Shown one piece after another: positions 13,620-27,590 of a stretch of DNA of 64,000 nt. The stretch is from the human T2T-CHM13v2.0 reference genome, Homo sapiens. The DNA lies in assembly GCF_009914755.1 (NCBI RefSeq), contig NC_060933.1; one strand, written 5' to 3'. The position numbers and the translations under genes are program-made. Below the pieces are notes generated by a model. That model saw only the letters and a list, made by a program, of their open reading frames with translations, was not told the origin of the DNA and did no database searches. Numbering within the stretch: the stretch's first letter is position 1; each line of letters opens with the position of its first letter.

Positions 13620-16600
13620 GAATGGAACGGAAAGGAATGGAATGAAATGGAATGGAATCAACCCGAGTGCAGGGGAATGGAATGGAATGGAATGCAATGG
13701 AATGGAATCATCCGGAATGGAATGGAATGGAATGGAATGGAATGGAATGGAATGGAATCAACTCGATTGCAATGGAATGGAATGGAATGGAAAGGAATGG
13801 AAGGGAATGCAATGGAATGTAATCAACACGAGTGCAGGGGAATGGAATGGAATGGAATGCAATGGAATGGAATCATCCGGAATGGAATGGAATGGAATGG
13901 AATGGAATGGAATGGTATCAACTCGATTGCAATGGAATGGAATGGAATGGAAAGGAATGGAAGGGAATGGAATGGAATGTAATCAACCCGAGTGCAGGGG
14001 AATGGAATGGAATGGAATGCAATGGACTGGAATCATCCGGAATGGAATGGAATGGAATGGAATGCAATCAACCCGATGCAATGGAATGGAGTGGAATGGA
14101 ATGGAATGGAATGGAAACATCCCCAATGGAATAGAATGGAATGGAGTGTAAATGAATTGAATAGAATCAATCCGAATGTAATGGAATGGAATGGAATGAA
14201 ATGGAATGGAATGGAATGGAATGGAATCAACCCGAGTGCAATGGAATGGATTTGAATGGGATGGAATTGAATGGAATGGATTCAACAAGAATGGAATGGA
14301 AAGGAATGGAATCAACCCGAGTGTAATGGCATGGAATGGAATGGAATGGAATGGAATGGGATGGAATGGAATGGTACGGAATAGAATGGAATGGAATGAA
14401 ATGGAATGGAATGGAATTTAATGGAATGGAATGGAATGAACCCGTGTGCAATGTAATGGAATGTAATGGAATGGAATGGATTCAACTCGAATGGAATCAA
14501 CACGATTGCAATGGAATGGAATGGAATGGAAAGGAATAGAATGGAATCAACCCGAGTGCAATGGAATGGAAAGGAATATAATGGAATCAACCCGAGTGCA
14601 ATGGAATGGAAAGGACTGGAATGGAGTGGAATGGAATAGAATGGAATTTACCCGAATAGAATGGAATGGAATGGAATGGAACGGAATGTAATGGAATGGA
14701 ATGGAATGGATTCAACCCGAGTGCAGGGGAATGGAATGGAATGGAATGCAATGGAATGGAATCATCCGGAATGGAATGGAATTGAATGGAATGGAATGGA
14801 ATGGAATGTAATCAACTCGATTTCAATAGAATGGAATGGAATAGAATGGAATGGAATTAACACGAATAGAACTGAATGGAATTGAATGGAATAGAATGGA
14901 ACGGAAAGGAATGGAATGGAATGGAATGGAATCAACCCAAGTGCAGGGGAATTGAATGGAATGGAATTCAATGGAATGGAATCATCCGGAATGGAATGGA
15001 ATGGAATGGAATGGAATGGAATGGAATGGAATCAACCCGAGTGCAATAGAATGGAGAGGAATGGAATGGAATGGAATGCAAAGTACCCGAATGGAATGGA
15101 ATGTAATGGAGTGTAAGGGAATTGTATAGAATCAATCCGAAAGTAATGGAATGGAACGGAACGGAATGGAATGCAACGGAATGGAATCAACCCGACTGCA
15201 ATCGAATTGAATCGAATGGAATGGAATGAAATGGAATGGATTCAACTTGAATGGAATGGAAAGAGTGGAATCAACACGAGTGGAATGGCATGGAATGGAA
15301 TGGAATGGATTGAAATCAACCCGAGTACAGGGGAATGGAATGGAATGGAATGCAATGGAATGGAATCATCCGTAATGTAATGGAAAGGAATGGAATGGAA
15401 TGGAATGGAATGGAATGGAATCAACTCGATTGCAATCGAATGGAATGGAATGGAATTAACCCGAATAGAATGGAATGGAATGGAATGGAACGGAACGGAA
15501 AGGAACGGAATGGAATGGAATGGAAGGGAATGGAATCGAACGGAACGGAATGGAATGGAATGGAATGGAATTGAAAGGAATAAACGTCAGTGCAGGGGAA
15601 TGGAATGGAATGGAATGCAATGGAATGGAATCTTCCGGAATGGAATGGAATGGAATGGAATGCAATGGATTCAACTCGATTGCAATGGAATGGAATAGAA
15701 TGGAATGGAATGGAATGGAATGGAATGGAATTAACCCGAATAGAATGGAATGGAATGGAATGGAACGGAACGGAACGGAACGGAACGGAACGGAATGGAA
15801 TGGAATGGAATGGAATGGAATTGTATGGAATGGAATGGAATGGTACGGAATAGAATGGAATGGAAAGAATTGGAATGGAATGGAATCGAATGGAATGGAA
15901 TGGAATGGAATGGAATCAACCCGAATGCAGGGGAATGGAATGGAATGTAATGCAATGGAATGGAATCATCCGTAATAGAATGGAATGGAGTCAACCCGAG
16001 TGCAGGGGAATGGAATGGAATGTAATGCAATGGAATGGAATCATCCGTAATGGAATGGAAAGGAATGGAATGGAATGGAATGGAATGGAATGGAATCAAC
16101 TCGATTGCAATCGAATGGAATGGAATGGAATTAACCCGAATAGAATGGAATGGAATGGAACGGAACGGAACGGAACGGAATGGAATGGAATGGAATGGAA
16201 CGGAACGGAACGGAATGGAATGGAATGGAATGGAATGGAATGGAATGGAATGGAATCAAAGCGAGTGCAGGGGAATGGAATGGAATGGATTGCAATGGAA
16301 TGGAATCAACCGGAATGGAATGGAATGGAATGGAATGGAATGGAATGGAATGGAATCGTTCCGAGTGGAATAGGAGGGAATGTATTCGAGTGGAATGGAA
16401 AGGAATGGAATCAACCAGAGAGGAATGTAAGGGAATGGAATGGACTGGAACCTAATAGAATGGAATCAACCCGAGTGGAATGGAATGGAAAGGAATGGAA
16501 TGGAATGGAATGGAATGGAATGGAATGGAATCAACTCGATTGTAATGGAATGGAATGGAATGGAATGGAATGGAATGGAATGGAATTAAACCGAATTCAA

Positions 16601-18890
16601 TGGAATGGAATGGAATGGAACGGAATGGACTGGAATGGAATGGAATCAACCCGAGTGCAGGGGAATGGAACGGAATGGAATGCAATGGAATGGAATCATC
16701 CGGAAGGGAATGGAATGGAATGGAATGCAAAGCAATGGAATCAACTCGATTGCAATGGAATGGAATGGAATGGAAAGGAATAGAATGGAATCAACCCGAG
16801 TGGAATGGAATTGAAAGGACTGGAATGGAGTGGAATGGAATGGAACGGAATGGAATGGAATCAACTCGATTGGAATGGAGTGGAATGGAATTTGAATGGA
16901 ATGGAATGGAATTAACCCGAATAGAATGGAATGGAATGGAATGGAATGGAATGGAATGGAATGGAATTAACCCAAATAGAATGGAATGGAATGGAATGGA
17001 AAGGAATGCAAGGGAATGGAATGGAATGTAATCAACCCGAGTGCAGGGGAATGGAATGGAATTGAATGCAATGGAATGGAATCATCTGGAATGGAATGGA
17101 ATGGAATGGAATGGAATGGAATGGAATGGAATGGAATGAACCCGATGCAATGGAATGGAATGGAATGGAATGGAATGGAATGGAATGGAAACATCCCGAA
17201 TGGAATGGAATGTAATGGAGTGTAAGGGAATTGAATAGAATCAGTCCGAATGTAATGGAATGGAATGTAATGAAATGGAATGGAATGGAATGGAATGGAA
17301 TCAAACCGAGTGCAATGGAATGGATTCGAATGGAATGGAATGGAATGGAAAGGAATAGAATGGAATCAACCCGAGTGGAATGGAATGGAAAGGACTGGAA
17401 TGGACTGGAATGGAATGGAATGGAATGGATTCAAATCGATTGGAATGGAATGGAATGGAATGGAATGGAATCAACTCGATTGCAATGGAATGGAATGGAA
17501 TGGAATGGAATGGAATGGAATTAACCCGAATAGAATGGAATGGAATGGAATGGAACGGAATGTAATGAAATGAAATGGAATGGAATCAACCCGAGTGCAG
17601 GGGAATGGAATGGAATGGAATGCAATGGAATGGAATCATCCGGAATGGAATGGAATGGAATGGAATGGAATGGAATGGAATGGAATCAACTCGATTGCAA
17701 TGGAATGGAATGGAATGGAAAGGAATGGAAGGGAATGGAATGGAATGTAATCAACACGAGTGCAGGGGAATGGAATGGAATGGAATGCAATGGAATGGAA
17801 TCATCCGGAATGGAATGGAATGGAATGGAATGGAATGGAATGGAATGGAATCAACTCGATTGCAATGGAATGGAATGGAATGGAAAGGAATGGAAGGGAA
17901 TGGAATGGAATGTAATCAACCGGAGTGCAGGGGAATGGAATGGAATGGAATGCAATGGAATGGAATCATCCGGAATGGAATGGAATGGAATGGAATGCAA
18001 TCAACCCGATGCAATGGAATGGAGTGGAATGGAATGGAATGGAATGGAAACATCCCGAATGGAATGGAATGGAATGGAGTGTAAGGGAATTGAATAGAAT
18101 CAATCCGAATGTAATGGAATGGAATGGAATGAAATGGAATGGAATGGAATGGAATGGAATCAACCCGAGTGCAATGGAATGGATTTGAATGGAATGGAAT
18201 GGAATGGAATGGATTCAACAAGAATGGAATGGAAAGGAATGGAATCAACCCGAGTGTAATGGCATGGAATGGAATGGAATGGAATGGAATAGAATGGGAT
18301 GGAATGGAATGGTACGGAATAGAATGGAATGGAATGGAATGGAATGGAATGGAATGGAATGGAATGGAATGGAATGAACCCGTGTGCAATATAATGGAAT
18401 GGAATGGAATGGAATAGATTCAACTCGAATGGAATCAACTCGATTGCAATGGAATGGAATGGAATGGAAAGGAATAGAATGGAATCAACCCGAGTGGAAT
18501 GGAATGGAAAGGACTGGAATGGAGTGGAATGGAATGGAATGGAATTAACCCGAATAGAATGGAATGGAATGGAATGGAACGGAATGTAATGGAATGGAAT
18601 GGAATGGATTCAACCCGAGTGCAGGGGAATGGAATGGAATGGAATGCAATGAAATGGAATCATCCGGAATGGAATGGAATGGAATGGAATGGAATGGAAT
18701 GGAATGGAATCAACTCGATTTCAATGGAATGGAATGGAATAGAATGGAATGGAATTAACACGAATAGAATGGAATGGAATTGAATGGAATGGAATGGAAC
18801 GGAAAGGAATGGAATGGAATGGAATGGAATCAACCCAAGTACAGGGGAATGGAATGGAATGGAATTCAATGGAATGGAATCATCCGGAAT
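13620..18890 (+). repeat. ~3.9-kb-offset duplication (~13620-15000 vs ~17550-18890), each copy containing a 160-165-bp internal tandem
   Basis: ORFs 13983/17916, 13992/17925 and 14206/18139 (+3933); module starts at 13659/13824/13984 and 17587/17752/17917. Confidence 0.75.
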
Positions 18891-21800
18891 GTAATGGAAT
18901 GGAATGGAATGGAATGGAATGGAATGGAATGGAATGGAATCAACCCGACTGCAGGGGAATGGAATGGAACGGAATGCAATGGAATGGAATCATAAGGAAT
19001 GGAATGGAATGGAAAGGAATGGAATGGAATGGTATGGAATGGAATGGAATGATATGGAATGGAATGGAATGGTACGGAATAGAATGGAATGGAACGCATT
19101 GTAATGGAATGGAATAGAATGGAATGGAATGGAATGGAATGGGATCAACGCGAGTGCAGGGGAATGTAATGGAACGGAATGCAATGGAATGGAATCATCC
19201 GGAATGGAATGGAATGGAATGGAATGGAATCAACCCGAGTGCAATGGAATGGAGTGGAATGGAATGGAATGGAATGGAACAACACGAATGGAATGGAATG
19301 GAATGGAATGCAATCAACCCGATGCAATGGAATGGAGTGGAATGGAATGGAATGGAATGGAAACATCCCGAATGGAATGGAATGGAATGGAGTGTAAAGG
19401 AATTGAATAGAATCAATCCGAATGTAATGGAATGGAATGGAATGAAATGGAATGGAATGGAATGGAATGGAATGGAATCAACCCGAGTGCAATGGAATGG
19501 ATTCGAATGGAATGGAATGGAATGGAATGGATTCAACAAGAATGGAATGGAAAGGAATGGAATCAACCCGAGTGTAATGGCATGGAATGGAATGGAATGG
19601 AATGGAATGGGATGGAATGGAATGGTATGGAATAGAATGGAATGGAATGAATTGGAATGGAATGGAATGGAATGGAATCGAATGGAATGGAATGAACCCG
19701 TGTGCAAAGTAATGGAATGGAATGGAATGGAATGGATTCAACTCGAATGGAATCAACTCGATTGCAATGGAATGGAATGGAATGGAAAGGAATAGAATGG
19801 AATCAACCCGATTGGAATGGAATGGAAAGGACTGGAATGGAGTGGAATGGAATGGAATGGAATTAACCCGAATAGCATGGAATGGAATGGAATGCAACGG
19901 AATGTAATGGAATGGAATGGAATGGATTCAACCCGAGTGCAGGGGAATGGAATGGAATGGAATGCAATGGAATGGAATCATCCGGAATGGAATGGAATGG
20001 AATGGAATGGAATGGAATGGAATCAACTCGATTTCAATGGAATGGAATGGAATAGAATGTAATGGAATTAACACGAATAGAATGGAATGGAATTGAATGG
20101 AATGGAATGGAACGGAAAGGAATGGAATGGAATGGAATGGAATGAACCCAAGTGCAGGGGAATGGAATGGAATGGAATGGAATGGAATGGAAACATCCGG
20201 AATGGAATGGAATGCAATGGAATGGAATGGAATGGAATCAACCCGAGTGCAATGGAATGGAGAGGAATGGAATGGAATGGAACGAAAAATATCCGAATGG
20301 AATGGAATGTAATGGAGTGTAGGGGAATTGAATAGAATCAATCCGAATGTAATGGAATGGAACGGAATGGAATGGAACGCAATGGAATGCAATCAACCCG
20401 AGTGCAATCGAATGGATTCGAATGGAATGGAATGCAATGGAATGGATTCAACTTGAATGGAATGGAAAGAATGGAATCAACACGAGTGGAATGGCATGGA
20501 ATGGAATGGAATGGAATGGAATCAACCCGAGTACAGGGGAATGGAATGGAATGGAATGCAATGGAATGGAATCATCCGTAATGTAATGGAAAGGAATGGA
20601 ATGGAATGGAATGGAATGGAATGGAATGGAATCAACTCGATTGCAATCGAATGGAATGGAATGGAATTAACCCGAATAGAATGGAATGGAATGGAATGGA
20701 ACGGAACGGAATGGAAAGGAATGGAATGGAATGCAATGGAATGGAATGGAACGGAACGGAATGGAATGGAATGGAATGGAATGGAATGGAATTGAAAGGA
20801 ATAAACGCGAGTGCAGGGGAATGGAATGGAATGGAATGCAATGGAATGGAATCTTCCGGAATGGAATGGAATGGAATGGAATGGAATGGAATGCAATGGA
20901 TTCAACTCGATTGCAATGGAATGGAATAGAATGGAATGGAATGGAATGGAATGGAATTAACCTGAATAGAATGGAATGGAATGGAATGGAACGGAACGGA
21001 ACGTAACGGAATGGAATGGAATGGAATGGAATGGAATTGTATGGAATGGAATCGAACGGTACGGAATAGAATGGAATGGAAAGAATTGGAATGGAATGGA
21101 ATGGAATGGAATGGAATGGAATGGAATGGAATCAACCCGAGTGCAGGGGAATGTAATGAAACGGAATGCAATGGAATGGAATCATCCGGAATGGAATGTA
21201 ATGGAATGGAATGGAATGGAATGGAATCAACCCGAGTGCAATGGAATGGAGTGGAATGGAATGGAATGGAATGGAACAACCCGAATGGAATGGAATGTAA
21301 TGGAGAGTAAGGGAGTTGAATAGAATCAATCTTAATGTAATGGAATGGAACGGAATGGAATGGAATGGAATGCAATGGAATGGAATCAACCCGAGTACAA
21401 TGGAATGGAATGGAATGGAATGGAATGGAATGGAATGGAATGGAATGGAATGGAATGGAATGGAATCCACCCGAGTGCAATGGAATGGAGAGGAATGGAA
21501 TGGAATGGAATGGAAACTACCCGAATGGAATGGAATGTAATGGAGTGTAAGGGAATTGAATAGAATCAATCCGAATGGAATGGAATGGAATGGAACGGAA
21601 TGTAATGTAATGGAATGGAATGGAATCAACCCGAGTGCAGGGGAATGGAATGGAATGGAATGCAAGGGAATGGAATCATCCGGAATGGAATGTAATGGAA
21701 TGCAATGGAATGGAATGGAATGGAATCAACCCGAGTGCAATGGAATGGAGTGAAATGGAATGGAATGGAATGGAAACAACCAGAATGGATTGGAATATAA

Positions 21801-24800
21801 TGGAGTGTAAGGGAATTGAATAGAATCAATCTGAATGTAATGAAATGGAATGGAACGGAATGGAATGGAATGGAATGGAATGGAATGGAATGGAATGGAA
21901 TGCAATGGAATGGAATCAACCCGAGTGCAATCGAATGGAATCGAATGGAATGGAATGCAATGGAACGGATTCAACTTGAATGGAATGGAAAGAATGGAAT
22001 CAACACGAGTGGAATGGCATGGATTGGAATGCAATGGAATGGAATCAACCCGAGTACAAGGGAATGGAATGGAATGGAATGCAATGGAATTGAATCATCC
22101 GTAATGGAATGGAATGGAATGGAATGGAATGGAATGGAATGGAATGGAATCAACTCGATTGCAATCGAATGGAATGGAATGGAATTAACCCGATTAGAAT
22201 GGAATGGAAAGGAATGGAACAGAACGGAATGGAATGGAATGGAAAGGAAAGGAATGGAATGGAATGGAATGGAATGGAATTGAATGGAATGGAATCAACG
22301 CGAGTGCAGGGGAATGGAATGGAATGGAATGCAATGGAATGGAATCAACGCGAATGCAGGGGAATGGAATGGAATGGAATGCAATGGAATGGAATCTTCC
22401 GGAATGGAATGCAATGGAATGGAATGGAATGCAATGGATTCAACTCGATTGCAATGGAATGGAATAGAATGGAATAAAATGGAATGGAAAGGAATGGAAT
22501 GGAACGGAATGGAATGGAATGGAATGGAATGGAATGGAATAGAATGGAATTGAATGGAATGGAACGGAACGGAACGGAACGGAATGGAATGGAATGGAAT
22601 GGAATGGAATGGAATGGAATTGTATGGAATAGAATGGAATGGTACGGAATTGAATGGAATGGAAAGAATTGGAATGGAATGGAATGGAATGGAATGAAAT
22701 CAACCCGAGTGCAGAGGAATGTAATGGATCGGAATGCAATGGAATGGAATCATCCGGAATTGAATGGAATGGAATGGAATGGAATGGAATGGAATGGAAT
22801 CAACCCCAGTGCAATGGAATGGAGTGGAATGGAATGGAATGGAATGGAACAACACGAATGGAATGGAATGTAATGGAGAGTAAGGGAGTTGAATAGAATC
22901 AACCCGAATGTAATGGAATGGAAGGGAACGTAATGGAATGGAATGGAGTGCAATGGAATGGAATCAACCCGAGTACAATGGAATAGAATGGAATGGAATG
23001 GAATGGAATGGAATGGAATGGAATGGAATGGAATGGAATCAACCCGAGTGCAATGGAATGGAGAGGAATGGAATGGAATGGAATGGAAACTATCCGAATG
23101 GGATGGAATGTAATGAAGTGTAAGGGAATTGAATAGAAACAATCCGAATGTAATGGAATGCAATGGAACGGAATGCAATGTAATGGAATGGAATGGAATG
23201 GAATGGAATGCAATGGAATGGAATCAACCCGAGTGCAATCGAATGGAATCGAATTGAATGGAATGCAATGGAATGGATTCAACTTGAATGGAATGGAAAG
23301 AATGGAATCAACACGAGTGGAATGGCATGGAATGGAATGGAATCAACCCGAGTACAGGGGAATGGAATGGAATGGAATGCAATGGAATGGAATCATCCGT
23401 AATGTAATGGAAAGGAATGGAATGGAATGGAATGGAATGGAATGGAATGGAATGGAATGGAATGGAATGGAATCAACTCGATTGCAATCGAATGGAATGG
23501 AATGGAATTAACCCGAATAAAATGGAATGGAATGGAACGGAACGGAACGGAACGGAATGGAATGGCATGGAATGGAACGGAACGGAACGGAATGGAATGG
23601 AATGGAATGGAATGGAATGGAATCAACGCGAGTGCAGGGGAATGGAATGGAATGGATTGCAATTGAATGGAATCTTCCGGAATGGAATGGAATGGAATGG
23701 AATGGAATGGAATGGAATGCAATGGATTCAACTCGATTGCAATGGAATGGAATAGAATGGAATGGAATGGAATGGAATGGAATGGAATTAACCCGAATAG
23801 AATGGAATGGAATGGAACGGAATGGAACGGAACGGAATGGAATGGAATGGAATGCAATGGAATGGAATGGAATGGAATGGAATGTTATGGAATGGAATGG
23901 AATGGAATGGAATCAACGCGAGTGCAGGGGAATGTAATGGAACGGAATGCAATGGAATGGAATCATCCGGAATGGAATGGAATGGAATGGAATCAACCCG
24001 AGTGCAATAGAATGGAGTGGAATGGAATGGAATGGAATGGAACAAACCGAATGGAATGGAATGTAATGGAGAGTAAGGGAGTTGAATAGAATCAATCCGA
24101 ATGTAATGGAATGGAATGGAACGGAATGGAATGGAATGGAATGGAATGGAATGTGAAGGAATGGAATCAACCCGAGTACAATGGAATGGAATTGCAAGGA
24201 ATGGAATGGAATGGAATGGAATGGAATGGAATGGAACTGAATGGATTGGAATTGAATGGAATGGAATGGCTTCAAACCGAATGGAAGGGAAAGGAATGGA
24301 ATCAACACGATTGGAATGGAGTGGAATGGAATGGAATAGAATGGAATGGAATGGTACAGAATAGAATGGATTTCAACGAAATGGAATGGAATAGAATGGA
24401 ATGGAATGGAATGGAATGGAATGGAATGGAATTGAATCGTTCCGAGTGGAATAGGAGGGAATGTATTCGAGGAATCAACCAGAGTGGAATGGAAGGGAAT
24501 GGAATGGAATGGAAACTAATAGAATGGAATCAACCCGAGTGGAATGGAATGGAAAGGACTGGAATGGAATGGAATGGAATGGAATGGAATGGAATCAACT
24601 CGATTGTAATGGAATGGAATGGAATTGAATGGAATGGAATGGAATTAACCCGAATACAATGGAATGGAATGGAATGGAACGGAATGGAGTGGAATGGAAT
24701 GGAATCTACCCGAGTGCAGGGGAATGGAATGGAATGGAATGCAATGGAATGGAATCATCCGGAATGGAATGGAATGGAATGGAATGCAAAGCAATGGAAT

Positions 24801-27590
24801 CAACTCGATTGCAATGGAATGGAATGGAATGGAAAGGAATAGAATGGAATCAACCCGAGTGGAATGGAATGGAAAGGACTGGAATGGAGTGGAGTGCAAT
24901 GGACCGGAATGGAATGGAATCAACTCGATTGGAATGGAGTGGAATGGAATTTGAATGGAATGGAATGGAATTAACCCGAATAGAATGGAATGGAATGGAA
25001 TGAAATGGAATGGAATGGAATGGAATTAACGCGAATAGAATGGAATGGAATGGAATGGAAAGGAATGGAAGGGAATGGAATGGAATGTAATCAACCCGAG
25101 TGCAGGGGAATGGAATGGAATTGAATGCAATGGAATGGAATCATCCGGAATGGAATGGAATGGAATGGAAAGGAATGGAATGGAATGGAATGAACCCGAT
25201 GTAATGGAATGGAATGGAATGGAATGGAAACATCCCGAATGGAATGGAATGTAATGGAGTGTAAGGGAATTGAATAGAATCAGTCCGAATGTAATGGAAT
25301 GGAATGGAATGAAATGGAATGGAATGGAATGGAATGGAATCAAACCGAGTGCAACGGAATGGATTCGAATGGAATGGAATGGAATGGAAAGGAATAGAAT
25401 GGAATCAACCCGAGTGGAATGGAATGGAAAGGACTGGAATGGACTGGAATGGAATGGAATGGAATGGATTCAAATCGATTGGAATGGAATGGAATGGAAT
25501 GGAATCAACTCGATTGCAATGGAATGGAATGGAATGGAATGGAATGGAATGGAATGGAATGGAATGGAATGGAATTAACCCGAATAGAATGGAATGGAAT
25601 GGAATGGAACGGAATGTAATGGAATGAAATGGAATGGAATCAACCCGAGTGCAGGGGAATGGAATGGAATGGAATGCAATGGAATGGAATAATCCGGAAT
25701 GGAATGGAATGGAATGTAATGGAATGAAATGGAATGGAATCAACCCGAGTGCAGGGGAATGGAATGGAATGGAATGCAATGGAATGGAATAATCCGGAAT
25801 GGAATGGAATGGAATGGAATGGAATGGAATGGAATTGAATGGAATCAAGTCGATTGCAATGGAATGGAATGGAATGGAAAGGAATGGAAGGGAATGGAAT
25901 GGAATGTAATCAACACGAGTGCAGGGGAATGGAATGGAATGGAATGCAATGGAATGGAATCATCCGGAATGGAATGGAATGGAATGGAATGCAATCAACC
26001 CGATGCAATGGAATGGAGTGGAATGGAATGGAATGGAATGGAAACATCCCGAATGGAATGGAATGGAATGGAGTGTAAAGGAATTGAATAGAATCAATCC
26101 GAATGTAATGGAACGGAATGGAATGAAATGGAATTGAATGGAATGGAATGGAATCAACCCGAGTGCAATGGAATGGATTCGAATGGAATGGAATGGAATG
26201 GAATGGATTCAACAAGAATGGAATGGAAAGGAATGGAATCAACCCGAGTGTAATGGCATGGAATGGAATGGAATGGAATGGAATGGGATGGAATGGAATG
26301 GTACGGAATAGAATGGAATGGAATGAAATGGAATGGAATGGAATGGAATGGAATGGAATGGAATGAAATGGAATGGAATGGAATGGAATGGAATGGAATG
26401 GAATGGAATGAACCCGTGTGCAATGTAATGGAATGGAATGGAATGGAATGGATTCAACTCGAATGGAATCAACTCGATTGCAATGGAATGGAATGGAATG
26501 GAAAGGAATAGAATGGAATCAACCCGAGTAGAAAGGAATGGAAAGGACTGGAATGGAGTGGAATGGAATGGAATGGAATTAACCCGAATAGAATGGAATG
26601 GAATGGAATGGAACGGAATGTAATGGAATGGAATGGAATGGATTCAACCCGAGTGCAGGGGAATGGAATGGAATGGAATGCAATGGAATGGAATCATCCG
26701 GAATGGAATGGAATGGAATGGAATGGAATGCAAAGCAATGGAATCAACTCGATTGCAATGGAATGGAATGGAATGGAAAGGAATAGAATGGAATCAACCC
26801 GAGTGGAATGGAATGGAAAGGACTGGAATGGACTGGAATGGAATGGAACGGAATGGAATGGAATCAACTCGATTGGAATGGAGTGGAATTGAATTTGAAT
26901 GGAATTGAATGGAATTAACCCAAATACAATGGAATGGAATGGAATGGAATGGAATGGAATGGAATGGAATTAACCCGAATAGAATGGAATGGAATGGAAT
27001 GGAAAGAAATGGAAGGGAATGGAATGGAATGTAATCAACCCGAGTGCAGGGGAATGGAATGGAATTGAATGCAATGGAATGGAATCATCCGGAATGGAAT
27101 GGAATGGAATGGAATGGAATGGAATGGAATGGAATGGAATGAAACCGATGCAATGGAATGGAATGGAATGGAATGGAAACATCCCGAATGGAATGGAATG
27201 TAATGGAGTGTAAGGGAATTGAATAGAATCAGTCCGAATGTAATGGAATGGAATGTAATGAAATGGAATGGAATGGAATGGAATGGAATCAAACCGAGTG
27301 CAATGGAATGGATTCGAATGGAATGGAATGGAATGGAAAGGAATAGAATGGAATCAACCCGAGTGGAATGGAATGGAAAGGACTGGAATGGACTGGAATG
27401 GAATGGAATGGAATGGATTCAAATCGATTGGAATGGAATGGAATGGAATGGAATGGAATCAACTCGATTGCAATGGAATGGAATGGAATGGAATGGAATG
27501 GAATGGAATGGAATGGAATGGAATGGAATGGAATTAACCCAAATAGAATGGAATGGAATGTAATGGAACGGAATGTAATGGAATGAAATG
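16350..27590 (+). repeat. ~8.0-kb-offset duplication (~16350-18700 vs ~24430-26720) plus a further partial copy at ~26720-27590
   Basis: CGTTCCGAGTGGAATAGGAGGGAATGTATTCGAG at 16357/24438 (+8081); ORFs 17231/25270/27219 and 17380/25419/27368; 18564/26598. Confidence 0.78.

Noticed and set aside
16357-16460. Possible foreign insertion or transposon fragment at the divergent island
   Set aside because: It stays in 5-bp register, resolves into mutated pentamers, and has no target-site duplication, poly-A or Alu/L1 similarity that I can recognise.
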